Shown: positions 1-10,638, counted from the stretch's first letter. The stretch: DNA of 32,000 nucleotides from an uncultured Erysipelotrichaceae bacterium (GCA_942492995.1 OW818653.1:810001-842000); one strand, 5' to 3'. Notes: generated from the sequence alone by a model not told the origin. Numbers and translations: made by a program.

Positions 1-861
1 TTCCCGGTTACCGATCGTGCAGAGGATGTAGTAAGAGTTCTAGAAAAAGAGCTACATGCACAAGGTGTTCAGATTAACTACAAAACAAGAGTCAAAAAGA
101 TTGATACGCAACATCGTAAGTTGATTACGGATCAAGGTGAGATTATTTTCGATTATTTGATACTTGCGATGGGTGGTAGTACTTACCCACAAACAGGTTC
201 AGACTTCGAAGGTTTCGATTTGATTGCGTCATTAGGTCATACAGTTACAGAACTTAAACCAGCAGAAGTCCCATTGGTGAGTAATGCGGCGATTATTCAG
301 TCCAAGGAGTTACAAGGATTATCGTTTAAAGATGTATTAATCACGACTTTTGTGGATGATAAAAAGATTATTCAAGTAAAGAATGATTTATTGTTTACAC
401 ATTTTGGATTATCTGGCCCAGGTGCTTTACAAACAAGTAGTTATTTAACCGATGCGTTTAAGGATGATCATAAAGTACATTTACTTATCGATTTCTTACC
501 TGATATTCGTTTAGATGATTTACAAGTTCAAATAAAAGAACCAGAAACAGTATTACAAACACATGGTATCCCTAAGCGTTTTATTCAAGTGATAAAACTT
601 CATTACCCGACGATTGACTTATATACATTAATCAAACGTTTCCCATTAGAATTACATGGAACTCGAGGTTATAATGCGGCATTTGTGACGTGCGGTGGCG
701 TTAATCTAAAAGAGATAGATCCTAAGACATTACGTTCTAAACTTTATCCTTGGTTATCGATTTGTGGGGAGTCTTTGGATGTGAATTCATTGACTGGTGG
801 ATTTAATATGACAGTAGCTTTCTCTACTGGTTATACAGCTGGAATGAATATTGATAATTAA
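1..861 (+). CDS. NAD(P)/FAD-dependent oxidoreductase, HI0933/BaiN-like flavoprotein (5' end outside window)
   Basis: Frame 1 is open from nt 1 (FPVTDRAEDVVRVLEKEL...), so the listed TTG at 121 is internal. C-terminal motifs THFGLSGPG and GGFN...A..TG are typical of the HI0933 family. TAA stop is followed by a hairpin. Confidence 0.75.
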   Translation, partial: FPVTDRAEDVVRVLEKELHAQGVQINYKTRVKKIDTQHRKLITDQGEIIFDYLILAMGGSTYPQTGSDFEGFDLIASLGHTVTELKPAEVPLVSNAAIIQSKELQGLSFKDVLITTFVDDKKIIQVKNDLLFTHFGLSGPGALQTSSYLTDAFKDDHKVHLLIDFLPDIRLDDLQVQIKEPETVLQTHGIPKRFIQVIKLHYPTIDLYTLIKRFPLELHGTRGYNAAFVTCGGVNLKEIDPKTLRSKLYPWLSICGESLDVNSLTGGFNMTVAFSTGYTAGMNIDN

Positions 862-863
862 CT

Positions 864-893
864 AATCAACTCAATTGAGTTGATTTTCTTTTT
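864..893 (+). terminator. Rho-independent terminator
   Basis: Stem aatcaactc/gagttgatt with a 4-nt loop, followed by a T-rich run. Confidence 0.6.
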
Positions 894-966
894 AATATTA
901 AAACTATAAACTATTAACGATAAATTAATAAATAAAAGAATATGATGAAGTTAGGAGGAGACTGCC

Positions 967-1914
967 ATGAAATTTAGAAAAATACTAATGATTGTTTTAA
1001 TTGTATTCCTATTCAACGCTTGTTCATCCTTTTCAAATCCTAAAGAAACAAGTACAGATGATAATTATGGTAATACTACTGAAGAAAGTGAAGGAATGAT
1101 CCCATCGTTTACTAATGATGGAATTGATCAAACTAACAAAGATACGACTGGATCACCAAATGAAAAGCTTATCCAAAATATAGGTTTAGAACTAGAGACT
1201 AAAGAATACACAAAAACTGTTAATGATATTGAGGCTTTAGTTAAATTATTAAATGGTTATATACAGAGTTCTTATGTACCTCGACCTCGCAATGATGTGG
1301 AATTTAATAATCTAGAGGCAAATTTAACAGTGATGATTCCAACATCAAGCATAGAAGATTTTATTCTTAAAGCTGGTGCGACTTCGAACATCGTAAATGA
1401 ACGTCGTGAAGTATACAACGTTACCGATGTTTATCGTGATACCGAATCGCGTATTACTACACTGAAAGCTAAAGAAATACGTCTTCTTGAACTACTTCAA
1501 CAATCTGGTTCATTATCCGATTTATTAATGATTGAAACTGAGTTATCAAATACACGTTATGAAATTGAACGTTTAGAATCTTCTATTCAGGACTATGATA
1601 CACGTATTCAATATACACAATTCAACTTAATTATTCGTGAAGTATATGAATTCTCACCTTCTGATCAAGCAAGTTTATGGGAACGAATTGTTGAGGGATT
1701 CTCAAGTAATGCACAAAGTTTTATACGTACACTTGAAACAGGCTTTGTCTATATCGTTACTACCCTTCCATTCTTAATTATTCAATTGTTACTATGGTGT
1801 ACACCATTAATTATCATATTCTTGATTTATCGTAAGTTATCTAAGAAGCATAATTTTAAAAATTGGTTTAACCAAAAAATATCGCCAATTAATAAAGATG
1901 AGAAAAAAGAATAA
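967..1914 (+). CDS. DUF4349-like lipoprotein
   Basis: GGAGGAG RBS. Signal peptide with lipobox LFNAC. Central coiled-coil-like region and a C-terminal TM segment, which is the DUF4349 architecture. Confidence 0.6.
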   Translation: MKFRKILMIVLIVFLFNACSSFSNPKETSTDDNYGNTTEESEGMIPSFTNDGIDQTNKDTTGSPNEKLIQNIGLELETKEYTKTVNDIEALVKLLNGYIQSSYVPRPRNDVEFNNLEANLTVMIPTSSIEDFILKAGATSNIVNERREVYNVTDVYRDTESRITTLKAKEIRLLELLQQSGSLSDLLMIETELSNTRYEIERLESSIQDYDTRIQYTQFNLIIREVYEFSPSDQASLWERIVEGFSSNAQSFIRTLETGFVYIVTTLPFLIIQLLLWCTPLIIIFLIYRKLSKKHNFKNWFNQKISPINKDEKKE

Positions 1915-1956
1915 TTAAGATATTAGTTAATTATGTGCATTTATAATCTATAATCA

Positions 1957-2004
1957 AAAAAGTCTTAACGAAGCAAAACTTTCTGCTTAGGTAAGACTTT
2001 TTTA
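1957..2004. terminator. Bidirectional terminator between convergent genes
   Basis: aaaaagtcttaac...gtaagactttttt: long imperfect hairpin flanked by an A-run and a T-run. Confidence 0.5.
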
Positions 2005-2148
2005 TTGAATTAAATAATTTATGATACTTAAATATAAAAGTAATTATCGATTTAAATATTTTATTGAATACTCATATTTTATCGATTTATATAACGGAAA
2101 GTTCAATTGTTTAATATAAATCGTACGTTTAAATTAAAATGATTTATT

Positions 2149-2544
2149 TTAATCTATATCGATTAAGTTACTTGTGTACTTAATTTTTCCATTCTCAACA
2201 TCTGTATAATATTGATTTTTTTGTTCAATATAGGCTAGACTTTTATCGATTTCATTTCTCGTTTCCAACAGTTTAACTTTCTGTAGTTCTAACATGCTCT
2301 TACGTTTGCTTATGGTTGATGGACCTTGCATAGCTAGATCTAAGTAGACTTTCAATTCTTTGATACCTAAACCACATTTACGTAAACATTGTAGACCTTC
2401 TATCCAAGCTAAATCTCTTTCATTAAACATTCGATAATTATTATGATCGCGCTTTACATTAGGGATAAGACCTTCATTACAATAGAAACGTAGTGTTTCA
2501 TACGGCATTGAATATTTGTCACATACATCTTTCATTGAATACAT
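2149..2544 (-). CDS. MerR-family transcriptional regulator, AdhR/NmlR-like (thiol-based aldehyde/electrophile sensor type)
   Basis: N-terminal MerR HTH (ETLRFYCNEGLIP). WIEGLQCLRKCGLG matches the WIEFIKCMRNAGLS region of B. subtilis AdhR that holds the sensing Cys. AAGGAG RBS lies 7 nt before the ATG. Gene is divergent from the AKR genes. Confidence 0.8.
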   Translation of the reverse strand: MYSMKDVCDKYSMPYETLRFYCNEGLIPNVKRDHNNYRMFNERDLAWIEGLQCLRKCGLGIKELKVYLDLAMQGPSTISKRKSMLELQKVKLLETRNEIDKSLAYIEQKNQYYTDVENGKIKYTSNLIDID

Positions 2545-2555
2545 TTAATTACTCC

Positions 2556-2586
2556 TTGACCTGTAGTTACTACATGGTTGTACAGT
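2556..2586 (+). promoter_or_regulatory. MerR-type promoter/operator (copy 1)
   Basis: TTGACC (-35), a 19-bp spacer containing the palindrome TGTAGTtACTACA, then TACAGT (-10). The 19-bp spacer is the MerR hallmark. Confidence 0.6.
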
Positions 2587-2617
2587 ATTAGTATAATTGA
2601 AAGCGAGTAAAAAGAAA

Positions 2618-3469
2618 ATGGAATATATCAAACTTAATAATGGCGTGATTATGCCACAAATAGGTTTTGGGACAATTGGTCTAACAGATGAGGTAGAAGC
2701 AAATGAAGTAATTCTAAATGCAATAAATGCTGGCTATCGTTTATTTGATACAGCACAAGGTTATGGCAATGAAGCTATCGTGGGTCAAGCCATCAAGAAT
2801 AGCCCTATCCCTCGTGATGAACTCTTTATCACTACTAAACTTTGGTTATCTGATGCGACGTACGAGAGAGCTAAGGTATCCATACAAGGATCATTAGATC
2901 GACTTCAACTAGACTATATTGATTTATTTCTAATACATCATCCTTACAATGATATTTATGGAGCTTATAGAGCACTTACAGAATTCTATAAAACAGGCAA
3001 AATTAGAGCGATTGGGGTAAGCAATCTCTATCCAGATCGTTTGATTGATTTTGTTAAATTTAATGAAATAACACCACAAGTAAATCAAGTTGAGATTCAC
3101 TTACTTCACCAACAAGATAGTGCAATTGAGATAATGAATAAATATTCAGTTCAAGCTCAAGCATGGATGCCTTTAGCAAGAGGACATAAAGCTATTTTTG
3201 AAAATCCTTATGTACAAGGGTTAGCAGCTAAATATCACAAAACCGTTGGACAAATCGCGCTCAGATTCTTAGTTCAAAAAGGTGTCGCATTAGTTATGAA
3301 AACAACAAAAAAAGAGAGAATGATAGAAAACATGGATGTATTTAATTTCATGCTTACAGATGAAGAAATGTTAGAAATTAAGAAATTAGATACGAAGAAT
3401 TCAATTGTCTTTTCTCATAAAGATCCAGCACAAGTAGAACGATTCGCTGCGTGGGAACGCAAATATTAA
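2618..3469 (+). CDS. Aldo/keto reductase (2,5-didehydrogluconate reductase-like)
   Basis: MEYIKLNNG...FDTAQGYGNE...LWLSD...LIHHP: the AKR catalytic D/Y/K/H pattern. I prefer the ATG at 2618 over the TTG at 2597. Confidence 0.9.
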   Translation: MEYIKLNNGVIMPQIGFGTIGLTDEVEANEVILNAINAGYRLFDTAQGYGNEAIVGQAIKNSPIPRDELFITTKLWLSDATYERAKVSIQGSLDRLQLDYIDLFLIHHPYNDIYGAYRALTEFYKTGKIRAIGVSNLYPDRLIDFVKFNEITPQVNQVEIHLLHQQDSAIEIMNKYSVQAQAWMPLARGHKAIFENPYVQGLAAKYHKTVGQIALRFLVQKGVALVMKTTKKERMIENMDVFNFMLTDEEMLEIKKLDTKNSIVFSHKDPAQVERFAAWERKY

Positions 3470-3479
3470 GGAGATAAAA

Positions 3480-4484
3480 ATGGAATATATCAAACTTGGG
3501 AATACAGGATTAGAAGTCTCACGCTTGTGTATAGGGACTATGACTTTTGGTCTACAAACAAATCGTGAGGAAGCATTTAAAATATTAGATGAGGCAAAAG
3601 CTGCGGGTATCAATTTTATCGATACCGCTAATGTCTATCCAATAGGTAGAGCTTCATACAATGAAGCTGGATCGACTGAAGTGATTATTGGTGAATGGTT
3701 ACAAACTCAGAAACGAGAAGATTTTGTGATAGTCAGTAAATGCTTTGGTACGATGGGACCTGATTCAACTGATAAAGGTTTAAGCAGAACAGCAATTTTA
3801 AAAGCTGTGGAAGCCAGTTTAGAAAGACTTCAAACAACTTACATAGATCTTTACTTAGCACATCAGTTTGATGAAAATATCGATTATATGGAAACACTCT
3901 CTGCTTTTAATGAATTGATTCAAAGTGGTAAAGTTAAACATATTGGTATTTCTAATTGGCGTAGTTGGCAAATCATGAAAGCGAACGGATTAGCATTAGC
4001 TAATAAATTAACTCCATATACTGTAATTGAACCACGCTATAATCTACTCTTTAGAATGATAGAAGATGATTTGCTTCCTATGGCAATTGAAGAGAACATG
4101 GCTGTAATTACCTATAATCCCCTCGCTGCTGGATTACTTACGGGTAAATATACAAATAATGAAGAAACAATTGAGGGTACTCGCTTTACCTTGGGTGGTG
4201 CGACAAGTGCTCTATATCAAGAACGTTATTGGCAAAAAGCACAATTTGATGCAGTTGATGCATATCGAGTTTGGTGTGTAGAACAAGGATTGGAAATGAT
4301 ACCAACAGCGATAAAATGGGTTCTTCAACAAAAAGGAATTACCTCTGTCATTATTGGAGCAAGTCGTGTACAACAATTAGCTGATAGTTTAAAGGTAGTT
4401 AATATGCAAGACTTAACACAATCACAACTCAAATGGCTTAATAATCTTTGGTATAGTCTACCAAGAAGAAATGAAAATAGATAA
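3480..4484 (+). CDS. Aldo/keto reductase (long, Tas/YghZ-like type)
   Basis: AAGGAG RBS. MEYIKLGNTGLEVSRLCIGTMTFG...FIDTANVYP...GISNW motifs. Confidence 0.9.
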   Translation: MEYIKLGNTGLEVSRLCIGTMTFGLQTNREEAFKILDEAKAAGINFIDTANVYPIGRASYNEAGSTEVIIGEWLQTQKREDFVIVSKCFGTMGPDSTDKGLSRTAILKAVEASLERLQTTYIDLYLAHQFDENIDYMETLSAFNELIQSGKVKHIGISNWRSWQIMKANGLALANKLTPYTVIEPRYNLLFRMIEDDLLPMAIEENMAVITYNPLAAGLLTGKYTNNEETIEGTRFTLGGATSALYQERYWQKAQFDAVDAYRVWCVEQGLEMIPTAIKWVLQQKGITSVIIGASRVQQLADSLKVVNMQDLTQSQLKWLNNLWYSLPRRNENR

Positions 4485-4487
4485 TGC

Positions 4488-4518
4488 TTGACCTGTAGTT
4501 ACTACAATGATTTAAAAT
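4488..4518 (+). promoter_or_regulatory. MerR-type promoter/operator (copy 2)
   Basis: The same 19 nt as copy 1 (ttgacctgtagttactaca), then TAAAAT as -10 after a 19-bp spacer. Confidence 0.6.
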
Positions 4519-4536
4519 GAAATTAAGGAGGTAAAT

Positions 4537-4896
4537 ATGAATCACATCCACACTTTTTCGCGGCAGTTATGGAAAGCAATACAAGATAGAGATGTTGAAA
4601 GCTTTTTAGAGATGACCTATGACAATGCACGTTTTGTTCATATGGGAATTACATTTACACGTGATCAAGAAGCAGAAGTTATTAAAGAAGGTCGTATCCT
4701 TTATCAGAAAATTGAGTTTGAAACTGAAGATATCCAGAAGATGGACTCAACATGGATTGTATTAAATAAGATTAAGTTAGAAGCAGTTGTTAACGGAAAT
4801 GTTGTCACAAACCCCTTTGTCGTTACAGAAGTATACATTGAAAAAGATGGTGCGCTTCACTGTGCTTCCCTATCATTTACAAAAATTACATACTAA
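4537..4896 (+). CDS. NTF2-like / SnoaL-like (DUF4440-type) small protein
   Basis: AAGGAGG RBS. Size of 119 aa and an alpha+beta cone-like pattern. The family call is weak. Confidence 0.5.
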   Translation: MNHIHTFSRQLWKAIQDRDVESFLEMTYDNARFVHMGITFTRDQEAEVIKEGRILYQKIEFETEDIQKMDSTWIVLNKIKLEAVVNGNVVTNPFVVTEVYIEKDGALHCASLSFTKITY

Positions 4897-5760
<864 letters not shown>

Positions 5761-5772
5761 TATAGATTGACT

Positions 5773-5797
5773 AACCACTCAAACGAGTGGTTTTTTT
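5773..5797 (+). terminator. Rho-independent terminator of the AKR cluster
   Basis: aaccactc-aaac-gagtggtt followed by T7. Confidence 0.75.
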
Positions 5798-5819
5798 ATG
5801 TGTTTTACAAGATATTTAA

Positions 5820-6284
5820 TTACTCACAATAATGTTTAATGATTTCACAAAATTCAATTCTTTTTTTGTAAAATAAACATAATAAACTAGCATAAAAACC
5901 TACTAATATTATTAATTGTTCTTCTAAAAATACTAACTTTAAATTAAACATTATTCCAAGTAAAATTGAAGGCATTTCTATTATTTTCAACCATGCTAGT
6001 GGTGTAAAAATCGTAATTAATATAAATAATATAATCCAAACAAATATATGAATTCTTACTGATTTATAATATAAGATAACTTTTGAATTATGTGCGAAAC
6101 GATATAAAATGACACCAAGTAAGAAAGATAATAAGAATCGATATATAAAATTAATACTATCGTAAGTATACAAACCTGTTGTAATTATTGTTAGTGAACG
6201 AAGAGTAATTAGAATTATTGGATATAAAAACGACAATAGAATAACTTCAAAATGATTCTTTATTAGTATTTGATTGAATTTCAT
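5820..6284 (-). CDS. Hypothetical polytopic membrane protein
   Basis: Long ORF with 4-5 hydrophobic segments. No recognisable family. Confidence 0.5.
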   Translation of the reverse strand: MKFNQILIKNHFEVILLSFLYPIILITLRSLTIITTGLYTYDSINFIYRFLLSFLLGVILYRFAHNSKVILYYKSVRIHIFVWIILFILITIFTPLAWLKIIEMPSILLGIMFNLKLVFLEEQLIILVGFYASLLCLFYKKRIEFCEIIKHYCE

Positions 6285-6358
6285 TTTATCCCCCGATATT
6301 AATAAAATTATATACTAAAATTAACATATTCTTTGTTTATTCAAAAAAGGTTTATGAA

Positions 6359-6853
6359 TTAATGAGCTGAGTTTGTAGCAGCCGCATTTTGTTGGGACAT
6401 CACTGCATCAATTGCTAAAACAACTGCCAAAGCATTTAATTCATCTCTAGGATCAATGATATCAAGCACATAAGTATCACCCCAAGTAAGCCATTCTTTC
6501 TTGATAGAAACAACAACTCTTCCTTGACTAAGAATTTCATAATCATGTGCCCACATATTTCCATTAACTTCCCAGTCTAAACCTAATACAGAATATCGTG
6601 GTTTAAAGAAAGAGAACTCCTTTACGATTTCAGCTACTTGTTGTCCATCAACATTCACAAAAAATCGAGGTAGAAAACTCCATACTTTTTGTTGAAAGTA
6701 TATACGTTCTTCTCGATTTTCATCATATACATGGAGTTTCTTTCCTATCGTAAAAATTTCACCTTCAACGAAGTAACGATCAACTCCTGATTCATCTTTA
6801 ACCGAAAATTTGTCGTTGAACGATAATACTTTTTGTTTAATATATAATTTCAT
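6359..6853 (-). CDS. LURP-one-related / YxjI (tubby C-terminal-like) family protein
   Basis: The start MKLYIKQKVLSFNDKFSVKDESG...YFVEGE and the length are typical of the family. GGTGGGA RBS. Confidence 0.7.
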   Translation of the reverse strand: MKLYIKQKVLSFNDKFSVKDESGVDRYFVEGEIFTIGKKLHVYDENREERIYFQQKVWSFLPRFFVNVDGQQVAEIVKEFSFFKPRYSVLGLDWEVNGNMWAHDYEILSQGRVVVSIKKEWLTWGDTYVLDIIDPRDELNALAVVLAIDAVMSQQNAAATNSAH

Positions 6854-7153
6854 ACTATCCCACCTTTATCTAATATATGTATATTTTACAGTAGTTCTTG
6901 TAATTTTATCTTAAAAAATTATTTAACTATACACAACTCAAACGTCTGATATAATGATTAAATTTAGATTACTAATTAATCTATAGAGATTAAGTGTTTA
7001 TATTCCTCGTTATTTAATCATGAAAATAGAATGCTTGCCTTTGATCACAAACCATTTGTAAATGGAAATCAAATAAATCCATAAGTTTAATAATATAAGA
7101 ATTAATTTTTTCTATTTTTTTGTCATTTTCATATTTACTTATAGAATATTCCA

Positions 7154-7738
7154 TTAACGAGGTATGTAATCAATGATTATCATATCCTCATAAATGAGTA
7201 TTAAGTACAGATATCCACCATCTTTCATTTCGTGATTATAGGTAAAATATCTGAAACAATCACACTTCAGATTAAAAGGAAGAAGTTCTACTTTAGAAAT
7301 CTCATTAACTGTACCATCCTCAAAAAGATTAAGAACAGGCGCAATACCATTAACAACTTCATATTCAACGGAAAGTTTGTCCATTTTTAATTCATTCACA
7401 TAAAAATCTAAATCACTTTGTTCATTGAATTTTAAGATCGAAAAATACTCGAATAATTCTTCTTCATAGCTAGTAATGGTATATTTATCACTTTCTACAT
7501 AAGGAAGATGATATACAACTCTAAAATAATCTGTTGGTGGTTTCTTGTGTACTGGATTCTTCGGCAAATAATAGACAATTACAGCTAATATAAAAATAGC
7601 AATACATGCTAATATTAATTTAAAAATTGTTGTTTTCATAAACAAACTATTTTCCCACTCCCACTTAGAAATAATTCTATCATAAAATAAATGAACGAGA
7701 TTATTAACAGTAAAATTGAGAAACCATAAATATTTCAT
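7154..7738 (-). CDS. Hypothetical membrane-anchored protein
   Basis: Long ORF. The real start may be the ATG at 7639 (MKTTIFKLILACIAIFILAV... signal anchor). Confidence 0.45.
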   Translation of the reverse strand: MKYLWFLNFTVNNLVHLFYDRIISKWEWENSLFMKTTIFKLILACIAIFILAVIVYYLPKNPVHKKPPTDYFRVVYHLPYVESDKYTITSYEEELFEYFSILKFNEQSDLDFYVNELKMDKLSVEYEVVNGIAPVLNLFEDGTVNEISKVELLPFNLKCDCFRYFTYNHEMKDGGYLYLILIYEDMIIIDYIPR

Positions 7739-7811
7739 GTAGTTTAATGAAGTTTTATATCACTTAATAAATAAAAAAACATCAATTTCTTGATGTTTAA
7801 CGAATAAGTTA

Positions 7812-7955
7812 ATGGAGCGGATGATGGGATTTCTATATATCCTTACGTAAAATTTCTTAAAACGCACTATAACTGCATATAAGCTAACATAATTATACAA
7901 GATTGCATAAGAATTTAATATAAAATTGATATTCCGTGACCCAGTTGTGACCCAG
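7812..7955. repeat. att-type repeat: 18-nt copy of the tRNA-Gly 3' end plus a ~125-bp conserved arm ending in GTGACCCAGttGTGACCCAG
   Basis: atggagcggatgatggga (7812-7829) is identical to 18452-18469. The whole 144 bp matches 10161-10304 with about ten mismatches by eye. Confidence 0.85.
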
Positions 7956-8211
7956 CTTATGTTTCACACTTAATTTATAAATTTCGATAAATATCTATAT
8001 ATAAAATTACACTAATCTCAAGTTTAAATACTCAATATACTTTTGTCGGTTAAATATTCATTTTAAATAAAATTCAATCAATCATTGTTGGGATATTTTA
8101 AATGCTTATTATGTGTTCTAAATATTTCTAGGTGTGGTAAATAGGTAGTCGACCTTTTCTATATAAGACATTTTGAGACATTCAATAATTGATGTTTGGT
8201 TGGACGTAATG

Positions 8212-8760
8212 CTATTTCTTATTTTTAACAGCAGTACAAATATACCAATAAACTTCCATGTCATTGATTTCCAAATTATCAACTGTATCGGTCCCCCCTA
8301 GAAATAGTGGTATTTTGTAACCAACGCACTTGTCTTTCTGTAAATCATTTTTATTATTAATTCTCCAATTATTAAAGAATGACGAAGCTAAACAAGCATC
8401 ATGATAAAGTGGGATTTCTTCTTCATGAAAATTCATAAAGTTACATGGGATTTCAAGAACATCTGCTGTTCCTATTTCGAACATCAAAACATTACCCTTT
8501 GTCCTACTTCGAAGATCTAAAGCAAAACAATTACCCAACCAATCATAAGCAAAAGGCTCAAAACAGTTTTCAAAATCTGGATAACCCTCAGTGATAATTC
8601 GTTTCCATTTGTCTATATTTGTATCATCAAAAACTCTATAGACTCCGTTCCCGAATGACATTCCTTGATATTATCTTCTGAAATTTTCCAAATCGTTACT
8701 ATTAGATATTTCACTCTCACTTATTTTAACATCGAAATATTTTTCAAAGTTTATAAACAT
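8212..8760 (-). pseudogene. Tdi1/DUF1851-like immunity-type protein interrupted by an in-frame TAA
   Basis: ATG at 8760 (GGAG RBS upstream) encodes MFINFEKYFDVKISESEISNSNDLENFRR. An in-frame TAA at 8673..8671 follows, then YQG and the listed ORF. FEPFAYDWLGNCFALD...IPLFLGG resembles the T6SS immunity protein Tdi1 C-terminal domain. Confidence 0.55.
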
Positions 8761-8908
8761 TTTTTTACTATCTCCTTATTATATAGTTATTTAACAGATG
8801 TTTTACACTCAAAATTAGTACTATAAGTATTTGATAAACTATAAAATTTAAAAACAAAGTATATGACAAATTATCTTATATTTAGACCAACAAAAATTAC
8901 ATCTATTT

Positions 8909-9343
8909 TTAAGCTTTTAACTGATTACGTACTTCCATTAAAATTATACCTAACATATTTTTACCTGAACCATTGGTTCCACATCCCCAATAATAATCCG
9001 TTGATGTACCTTCTACAATCACTTCATTTTTGGTACTTAGAAGTATATCTTTAATGCTTTCATTTTGAGAAAATTTTTCAAAAACTGCTTTCCTCATTAT
9101 GTCATCTTTAACTTCTTCCCAATCATTTCTTAAAGGTAGACTTTTATCTCTTCCCTTAATAGCTACATCCATTGGATTTTCAAGATGTCTAATAATTTCT
9201 TCAAATTCAGTACCTTCAAATTTTTTCGCTTGAAAATAATGCTCTGATGTCATCCAATATTTCCCTTCAAGTGTAAAACCATAATTCGAGAAATTAGAGA
9301 AGCATCCATACTCTTCATTTACCTTATAGAACTTTATTGCCAT
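8909..9343 (-). CDS. NADAR (DUF1768/YbiA-like) family protein
   Basis: GCFSNFS...W.TSEHYFQA.KF...DYYWGCG...G.N.LG motifs are diagnostic of NADAR. Confidence 0.85.
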   Translation of the reverse strand: MAIKFYKVNEEYGCFSNFSNYGFTLEGKYWMTSEHYFQAKKFEGTEFEEIIRHLENPMDVAIKGRDKSLPLRNDWEEVKDDIMRKAVFEKFSQNESIKDILLSTKNEVIVEGTSTDYYWGCGTNGSGKNMLGIILMEVRNQLKA

Positions 9344-9358
9344 TTACTTTACCATAAT

Positions 9359-9664
9359 CTAGTCTCTTTTAAATATTCTACTTAAATAATTCTCAACATT
9401 TCCAAGTTCTAAGAAGAGAGGTTCAGGGTATCTAGAATGATAGGCTTCTGAATTCATTGATTTATAAATAAAGAATAACTTCCCAGAAAGTTTAATAGGT
9501 ATGTTTTCTTCATCTTTAAGTATCACCAATATCTCATCAAGCAGAAAATAAAGTTTATCAAAATTTGCTCTACTTATCGATTTTGATGTTCTAATTGGCA
9601 CCAATAAGCCAACTATTAATGAATCAATCTCATTACATATCTCATTTAATCTTTGATTTTTCAT
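9359..9664 (-). CDS. Hypothetical small protein (101 aa)
   Basis: GAGGGAGGG RBS lies 8 nt before the ATG at 9664. The longer track ORF (to 9871) has no RBS and a low-complexity N-terminus. Confidence 0.55.
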   Translation of the reverse strand: MKNQRLNEICNEIDSLIVGLLVPIRTSKSISRANFDKLYFLLDEILVILKDEENIPIKLSGKLFFIYKSMNSEAYHSRYPEPLFLELGNVENYLSRIFKRD

Positions 9665-10160
9665 GGTATAACCCTCCCTCGATTTTTCTTGTATACTCTC
9701 AAATATTGATTTCTCTTGTTGCCAAACTAGTATAGGTAAAATTTTTACTTTAACTTCAATTATCCTTGTTATGTATTCAATCTTACTTATAGAAATGCTA
9801 ATCATCAAATCTTTAATATATTCATTACTGATACTTACATTAGCTCTATAGTATACCTTCTTGATAATCATTATTTTAAATTATTAAACTTTTCGCTTAT
9901 TTTCTTACATTTATGAGAGAGGCATGCCTCTACCTTTTAAAATATAAATCCTTATTCTTAAATATCAAATTAACATATACATAATTATATTATAAATACA
10001 TTTTATAAACCTACAATTTATTACACGAATACAATTTAATATGAAGTAAAAACTAATTCGAAGACTACAAATTTGATCTGATAAATTTTATATGAATGTT
10101 TATGAAGTTTTATAAAATTTTACATATAAAAATACCCAATTAAGGGTATTGACATTACAT

Positions 10161-10304
10161 ATGGAGCGGATGATGGGATTTCTAGATACCCTTACGTAAA
10201 ACTTCTTAAAACGCTATATAATTGCATATAAGATAATATAATTATACAAGATTGCATAAGAATTTAACATAAATTTGATATTCCGTGACCCAGTTGTGAC
10301 CCAG
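10161..10304. repeat. att-type repeat (second copy): tRNA-Gly 3'-end 18-mer plus conserved arm
   Basis: See 7812-7955. The GTGACCCAG doublet is at 10285-10304. Confidence 0.85.
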
Positions 10305-10596
10305 CATGCAAATTACAATACTAATATAAATGGCAACCATATCCTACAATGTTTTTCCACTGTATACAGTATAGAGTATTAAATCAAAAACAAGAATTAA
10401 GAATATAAAAGATGCCTAAATCTAAATTATAAAATTTATATTCTCTTATAATCTTACCTGTCAAAGATTCACATCATTTTCTAGATATCCTTTTTAATTG
10501 TTTGACTTTATGTTCCATCATTCAGATTATCACCGTTACTTCGAAATAATTTAAATTAATGATAAGAATTTTATATTTCTTTTAAAATATCATAAT

Positions 10597-10638
10597 AAAA
10601 ACGAGAAAACACTCATTATTTGCATCTTCTCGTTTTTG
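10597..10638 (-). terminator. Terminator after module C (bidirectional hairpin)
   Basis: aaaacgagaa...ttctcgtttt with A/T runs on both sides. Confidence 0.6.

Larger units (their letters stand above)
7812..10178. mobile_element. Islet 1: small integrase-less genomic islet bounded by tRNA-Gly 3'-end direct repeats
   Basis: Direct repeats at 7812-7829 and 10161-10178. AT-rich. Cargo is immunity-like orphan genes. No recombinase ORF. Confidence 0.6.

Noticed and set aside
3401-3613. Antisense or overlapping short ORFs. Further examples: 4893-5120, 8863-9054, 12491-12718, 21303-21512, 23313-23516, 23675-23914, 24624-24827, 25598-25861, 26032-26428, 27058-27587, 28331-28516, 29000-29260, 29314-29502 and 30363-30641.
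   Set aside because: All are embedded opposite well-supported genes, lack an RBS and have odd composition. They are typical shadow ORFs of AT-rich DNA.
5820-7811. A third islet to the left of the first att copy
   Set aside because: The region is AT-rich and full of unknown genes, and a terminator plus ATAAAACTTC module precedes 7812. However, I found no further copy of the tRNA 18-mer or of the GTGACCCAG arm to the left. The terminator is better explained as the displaced original tRNA-operon terminator.
8909-9664. DarT-NADAR toxin-antitoxin system
   Set aside because: A NADAR gene is present, but the adjacent 101-aa gene is too small and shows no DarT-like ADP-ribosyltransferase motifs. 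No toxin partner is visible.
9665-9871. N-terminal extension of the 170-aa track ORF
   Set aside because: It has no RBS and a low-complexity Ile/Ser-rich sequence. A strong GAGGGAGGG RBS precedes the internal ATG at 9664.
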